Positions 50,411-55,332 of a stretch of DNA of 55,332 nucleotides are shown here, piece after piece (positions within the stretch are counted from its first letter, which is position 1; each line of letters opens with the position of its first letter). The stretch comes from an uncultured Chroococcidiopsis sp. (GTDB taxonomy: Bacteria; Cyanobacteriota; Cyanobacteriia; Cyanobacteriales; Chroococcidiopsidaceae). The position numbers were made by a program, and so were the translations under genes. The stretch is from assembly GCA_964248365.1 (NCBI GenBank), contig CAXTYC010000035.1:1-55332 (forward strand), written 5' to 3'. The notes below the pieces were generated by a model. It was not told the origin of the DNA and ran no database searches. It saw nothing but the letters and a program-made list of their open reading frames with translations.

Positions 50411-52570
50411 ATGTTAAATATTCCTCAAATACTGGCACAGGAACTTTCTCTTAAACCCTATCAAGTACAAAACGCACTTGATCTTTTAGCAGAGGGTGCA
50501 ACAGTTCCTTTTATTGCACGTTACCGCAAGGAACGTACTGGCGAGATGAATGAAACTCAGCTGCGCGAATTATTTGATCGCTTTACCTATCTAACCGAGT
50601 TAGAAGAAAGAAAATCAGTGATTTTGAATGCGATCGCCTCTGTTGGTAAACTGAGTGATGAATTAAAAGCCAAGATTTCAGCTTGTTTGCAGAAAACCGA
50701 ACTTGAGGATTTATACCTTCCCTATCGACCAAAACGACGTACACGCGCCACTATCGCTAGAGAAAAAGGACTAGAACCCCTAGCCGAATTTATTAAGTCT
50801 CTTAATACTAAAAATGCCACACCTGCACCACTTGATCAAGAAGCTGCAAAGTATATCTGCGAGGAAAAGCTCGTAAAGACTGCACAGGAAGCCCTCAAAG
50901 GTGCATCGGATATTTTGGCTGAGGAGGTAGCGGAGAAAGCTGAGTTACGCGCTTATCTGCGCGACTACTTAATGGATGCAGGGATTTTCATTTCGCGGGT
51001 GAAAGACGATTACCAGGAAGGAACTACCAAGTTTGAGATGTACCGGAACTATCAAATCAAAGTCAAAGACATTGCGCCGCACAATATGCTAGCACTGTAT
51101 CGGGGTGAAGCTGAAGGGGTATTGGACTTTGATATCAGTTTTGATGAAGCAGTGGTTTTGTCTTACCTGGAGTCGCAAGAAATTCGCACTAAAAATCCTG
51201 CTGTGCGTAACTTTTACCAACTTATGCTCAAAGATGCATGGTCGCGTTTAATGAAAGATTCTCTCATTAGCGTTGTGCGACAGGAAAAGAAAAACTATGC
51301 TGATATCGAATCAATCAAGACTTTTGAAACGAATCTGCGAGAGTTACTCCTATCAAGTCCGGCGGGAATGCGCCCAACATTAGCAATTGATCCAGGTTTT
51401 CGGACTGGGTGTAAGGTGGCTGTACTGTCAGAAACGGGGAAGTTTTTGGAATATCAGGCGGTGTTTCCTCATCAACGAGCAGAACAACGTCAAAAGGCGG
51501 CGCAGACAATCAAGAATTTAATCGAGAAGTACAAAATTGAGTTAATTGCGATTGGTAATGGAACGGCTGGACGGGAAACAGATGAGTTTGTTTCTGAAGC
51601 GATCGAGACGATGGATCGTAAACCGATTAAGGTAATGGTAAACGAATCAGGTGCATCAATATACTCGGCAAGTAAAGTTGCGATCGCAGAATTTCCGGAT
51701 CTTGATATTACAGTTCGTGGAGCAATTAGTATCGGTCGCCGCTTGCAAGATCCTTTGGCTGAACTCGTCAAAATCGATCCAAAATCAATTGGTGTAGGAC
51801 AGTATCAGCACGATGTCGATCAAAAACTACTTAAGCAAAAGCTGGATGAAACGGTAGAAAGTTGTGTCAACTATGTCGGTGTAGATCTCAATACAGCATC
51901 TTCCCAACTTTTGGGTTTTGTTTCAGGAATTACGCCTACCATTGCTAACAATATTATCACATATCGCAATGAACACGGTGCATTTAAAAATCGCCGCCAA
52001 TTGCTTAAAGTAGCAAAATTAGGACCAAAAGCATTTGAACAATCTGCCGGATTTTTGCGAATTCGTGGTGGCGAGAACCCACTGGATAATACAGCGGTTC
52101 ATCCTGAAAGTTATCGAATTGTCGAAGCGATCGCATCAGATTTGAATGTATCGTTAAAGCAGATAGCTCAGGTGGCAAACAAGCTGGGTTCAATGAATCT
52201 GAAAAAATATGTATCTGAGCAGGTAGGTGAACCTACTTTACGCGATATTATCAGCGAACTTGAAAAGCCAGGTAGAGATCCACGCGCCCAGTTTAAATAT
52301 GCCACATTTAAAGAAGGAGTCAAAGAAATTTCAGATCTCAAGCCAGGAATGGAATTAGAAGGAATTGTAACGAATGTTGCTAACTTTGGAGCCTTTATTG
52401 ATATTGGTGTACATCAAGATGGTTTAGTGCATATCTCACAACTAGCTGATCGATTCGTAGATGATCCGAAAAAAATAGTCAAAGTCGGACAAGTTGTGAA
52501 AGTGCGAGTTCTAGAAATAAATGAGAAATTGAAGCGAATCGGTTTATCAATGAAAGCAATTAGCAATTAG
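50411..52570 (+). CDS. tex: Tex family RNA-binding transcription accessory protein
   Basis: VPFIARYRKE, DPGFRTGCK, VNESGASIYSAS, GVGQYQHD, C-terminal S1 domain. Confidence 0.96.
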   Translation: MLNIPQILAQELSLKPYQVQNALDLLAEGATVPFIARYRKERTGEMNETQLRELFDRFTYLTELEERKSVILNAIASVGKLSDELKAKISACLQKTELEDLYLPYRPKRRTRATIAREKGLEPLAEFIKSLNTKNATPAPLDQEAAKYICEEKLVKTAQEALKGASDILAEEVAEKAELRAYLRDYLMDAGIFISRVKDDYQEGTTKFEMYRNYQIKVKDIAPHNMLALYRGEAEGVLDFDISFDEAVVLSYLESQEIRTKNPAVRNFYQLMLKDAWSRLMKDSLISVVRQEKKNYADIESIKTFETNLRELLLSSPAGMRPTLAIDPGFRTGCKVAVLSETGKFLEYQAVFPHQRAEQRQKAAQTIKNLIEKYKIELIAIGNGTAGRETDEFVSEAIETMDRKPIKVMVNESGASIYSASKVAIAEFPDLDITVRGAISIGRRLQDPLAELVKIDPKSIGVGQYQHDVDQKLLKQKLDETVESCVNYVGVDLNTASSQLLGFVSGITPTIANNIITYRNEHGAFKNRRQLLKVAKLGPKAFEQSAGFLRIRGGENPLDNTAVHPESYRIVEAIASDLNVSLKQIAQVANKLGSMNLKKYVSEQVGEPTLRDIISELEKPGRDPRAQFKYATFKEGVKEISDLKPGMELEGIVTNVANFGAFIDIGVHQDGLVHISQLADRFVDDPKKIVKVGQVVKVRVLEINEKLKRIGLSMKAISN

Positions 52571-52634
52571 CGGTAACTGGTACAGACGTAGCACTGCTAT
52601 GTCTGGTAACTGATAACTGGTAACTGATAAAAGA

Positions 52635-55238
52635 GTGAGGAAATTTTTGGAACTCTATAAATTAGAGCAAATTCAACCTGCACAACGCACTCAGGTAGGC
52701 GACAAAGCATTTTACCTGAGTAGAGTTATGCAGCATGGCTATCCGGTACTACCTGGTTTTGTAGTTCCGGCTGACGTATTGTGGAAATTTCTCTCAACTC
52801 TTAATTTAACAGAGTCGCTAACCTCACTACCAAATTCTTCTCTACATATAGATATAAATAATTATCGACAACGTGGGCAGATAGCCCAACGCCTGCAACA
52901 GGAAATTATAAATGCAACGGTGTCTCAAGAGTGGCTTGAGATACTTTTGCAGCAAGCGCAGCAATGGCAAACACCAGCACTGATTTTTCGTCCTTCCTTG
53001 GGATTGAATATTAATACACCCCAAATAACCACATCTGGGTTGTTGTCAGCGCAGATTTGTAGCTGTGATGCCCAGGCGTTAGCGAAGCGCCCCGTTGGTA
53101 TCGCCACCGCCTTAAAGCGAACTTGGAGTCAACTGTTTCGAGCTAGAAGCCTGCTTTTTTGGCAGCAACATGGCATTGAGTGGCAACAACTTAATCTAGC
53201 AGTCTTAGTGCAACCACTGGGGAATGCAATAGCCTCTGGAAAGCTTAATTATAACTCACCCGAAATTGAAATCAAAGCTTGTTGGGGGCTAGGGATGGCG
53301 ATGACACGGGGCGAAGTGCTACCGGATTGCTACCTTGTTGACGCTGTAACTGGTGCAGTGCGATCGCAACATCTAGGCAACAAAATCCTTGCTTATGGAC
53401 TGGCTAATTCTCCTTTCTTGCCAGATCTAACCCCTTGTGATACACCTCTACTTTGTCACGCTGATACAAATTGCTTGCAAGCTTACCTTCTCAACGAAAC
53501 CCAACAACAACAGTACTCTCTTAATGACACTGATGTTCAACTACTACTTCAAAGGGGGCAGCAACTTGCAGGTGATTTAAATTCCAAGTATACTATAGAC
53601 TGGGCATTTTGTCAAGCAACCGATAGCACTGAACCTCAACTGTACATAACCCAAGTTACTGCACTCAGGAGTCAGAAAAAAGCAGGGGGGCCCAGGAGCA
53701 GAGGGGCAGAGGAAGCAGGGGGAGCAACTACAATCCAAAATCCAAAATCTAAAATCCAAAATTCCCTCACCCCACACCCCTTAATTCGGGGGCTAGCAGC
53801 CGCTGGAGGGCGAGTTGTGGCAAATGCCTTGGTAGTGGTCGATCCCGACGAAAAACCAGAAATACCACCTGATGTGATATTAGTTGCGTTATCGATCGCG
53901 CCTAATTGGCTACCACTGCTCCAACACGTTGCTGGGATAGTTACCCAACAGGGGGGTTTGACTTCTCACAGCGCCATTCTTGCTAGAGAGCTGGGCATTC
54001 CCGCTATTGTCGGTGCAGCTAACGCGACCTCGTTAATTCAAACAGGCGAATTAGTGCTATTAGATGGCGATCGCGGTGAAGTATATCGCGTCAAAAGTCC
54101 CACATCAGGATTTGTAGGGACGGGTTTATCCGAGTTATCTTTAGGACAAACTAAATTATTAATGAACCCGCCCCTCCCCACGTCAGCAGTCCCACGTCAG
54201 GCGGACAAACAAGACAACGCAGACAGAAAAATTCCCCTACTCCCGAATCCCTCTCTTACCTCGTTCCGATCGGAGGAAACCACATCTGGACCTTCGCGCT
54301 ACTCCCGAATCCCTACTCATGTGCCAATTGCTACCCAGTTACTCTTAAATTTGAGTCAGCCTAGCTTGATCTCGCGGGTGAAAGATTTGCCCGTCGATGG
54401 AGTTGGGTTGTTGCGCTCAGAATTAATGGCTTGGCAAGTATTGGCAGGACAACACCCCAAAACATGGCTTGGGCAGAATCGTGGAGCAGAACTAGTTGAA
54501 CTTTGGCAAGCACAAATTATTCAATTTGCTCAGGAATTTGCCCCACGACCAGTTTTTTACCGCTCCCTAGATTGGCGATCGCATGAATTTTTATCCTTTA
54601 ATGGTGAAGGAGCATCCGGTCATAAGGCAGTTAATCCGATGCTGGGTACGAGGGGAACCTTCAGCTATGTAAAAGATTCGACAATTTTCGATCTAGAACT
54701 GTCAGCAATAGCTGCTGTGCAGCAAAAGGGTTACACTAATATCCACCTACTCTTACCCTTTGTTCGCACTGTCGAAGAGTTTTCTTTCTGCCGTCGCTGT
54801 GTTGAACAAGCAGGGCTATACCAAGTGGCGCAATTTCAACTCTGGATTATGGCGGAAGTACCTTCTATCTTGTTTTTGCTACCTGAGTATGTTAAAGCAG
54901 GGGTACAAGGTGTTTCAATTGGTACTAACGATCTAACTCAATTGTTGCTAGGAGTAGATCGAGATGAAGGTGAGTTAGCAGTAGCATTTGATGAGCGCCA
55001 TCCGGTAGTAATGAGTGCGATCGCCCAAATTATTCAGATGGCAAAACAAGCGAATATTCCTTGCTCAATCTGCGGTCAAGCCCCAGTACGTTATCCTGAA
55101 TTGATAGACTCGCTGGTACGCTGGGGCATCACATCAATTTCCGTCGAACCCGAAGCAGTGGAGCAGACTTATCTTGCGATCGCGTCGAGCGAACAACGTT
55201 TACTCCTAGAAGCCGCCCGTGCTTCTTTGCGATCCTAA
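52635..55238 (+). CDS. PEP synthase-like PEP-utilising protein
   Basis: Phospho-His domain TSHSAILARELGIP; C-terminal GVGLLRSE, NPMLGTRG, MAEVPS, SIGTNDLTQ, ICGQ; degenerate N-terminal domain. Confidence 0.88.
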   Translation: MRKFLELYKLEQIQPAQRTQVGDKAFYLSRVMQHGYPVLPGFVVPADVLWKFLSTLNLTESLTSLPNSSLHIDINNYRQRGQIAQRLQQEIINATVSQEWLEILLQQAQQWQTPALIFRPSLGLNINTPQITTSGLLSAQICSCDAQALAKRPVGIATALKRTWSQLFRARSLLFWQQHGIEWQQLNLAVLVQPLGNAIASGKLNYNSPEIEIKACWGLGMAMTRGEVLPDCYLVDAVTGAVRSQHLGNKILAYGLANSPFLPDLTPCDTPLLCHADTNCLQAYLLNETQQQQYSLNDTDVQLLLQRGQQLAGDLNSKYTIDWAFCQATDSTEPQLYITQVTALRSQKKAGGPRSRGAEEAGGATTIQNPKSKIQNSLTPHPLIRGLAAAGGRVVANALVVVDPDEKPEIPPDVILVALSIAPNWLPLLQHVAGIVTQQGGLTSHSAILARELGIPAIVGAANATSLIQTGELVLLDGDRGEVYRVKSPTSGFVGTGLSELSLGQTKLLMNPPLPTSAVPRQADKQDNADRKIPLLPNPSLTSFRSEETTSGPSRYSRIPTHVPIATQLLLNLSQPSLISRVKDLPVDGVGLLRSELMAWQVLAGQHPKTWLGQNRGAELVELWQAQIIQFAQEFAPRPVFYRSLDWRSHEFLSFNGEGASGHKAVNPMLGTRGTFSYVKDSTIFDLELSAIAAVQQKGYTNIHLLLPFVRTVEEFSFCRRCVEQAGLYQVAQFQLWIMAEVPSILFLLPEYVKAGVQGVSIGTNDLTQLLLGVDRDEGELAVAFDERHPVVMSAIAQIIQMAKQANIPCSICGQAPVRYPELIDSLVRWGITSISVEPEAVEQTYLAIASSEQRLLLEAARASLRS
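53076..53104. mobile_element. HIP1 site split by a 21-nt in-frame insert (SDR5-like)
   Basis: GCG + TTAGCGAAGCGCCCCGTTGGT + ATCGC; adds LAKRPVG to the protein. Confidence 0.72.
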
Positions 55239-55332
55239 GAATACTTATTGAGGTAGCAGGGGGGCAGGGGGGACTCCGAGTCCCCGGTTCCGAAGGAACT
55301 GGGGATAGGGGGGCAGGGGGGTCACTCGCGTA

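Noticed and set aside
1244..53777. Many short ORFs in the track overlapping well-supported genes
   Set aside because: Antisense or off-frame shadows with no motifs.

Overview
Chromosomal window from a cyanobacterium. The evidence is psbH/psbN, dense HIP1 octamers (GCGATCGC), and heptamer short tandem repeats (STRR-like) plus REP/SDR-like elements in most spacers. Most of it is housekeeping: phylloquinone genes menF-menA-menC-menE, psbN/psbH/tatA/pth, rpsU, ureG, hemA, glpX, grx/tadA/plsC/bolA/grxD, ilvD, ssb (LexA box), mreBCD-ribD, ychF, a BCP peroxiredoxin, sipA, cbiX with a cobalamin riboswitch, a Spy-like gene with a NarL-type two-component pair, a K+ channel, tex and a PEP-utilising enzyme. 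Less ordinary items: (i) an AT-rich pair of a ferric-reductase/MsrQ-like membrane protein and a 60-aa 'helix-only' type IV prepilin with a His-rich tail; (ii) an unannotated 59-aa (Xaa-Pro)n microprotein; (iii) a secreted His/Pro-rich repeat protein ahead of two transporters; (iv) a ~195-bp duplicated non-coding element with a 29-nt invariant core; (v) a 186-bp tandem array built from MITE/REP modules; (vi) three pseudogenised loci (CHAT-like, Tat-exported flavin amine oxidase, DUF692/MNIO plus partner); (vii) repeat elements inserted in frame into enzymes, including 21-nt inserts that split HIP1 sites. No CRISPR array, rRNA, tRNA or intact transposase was seen. All calls are by eye from motifs; no database searches were run.
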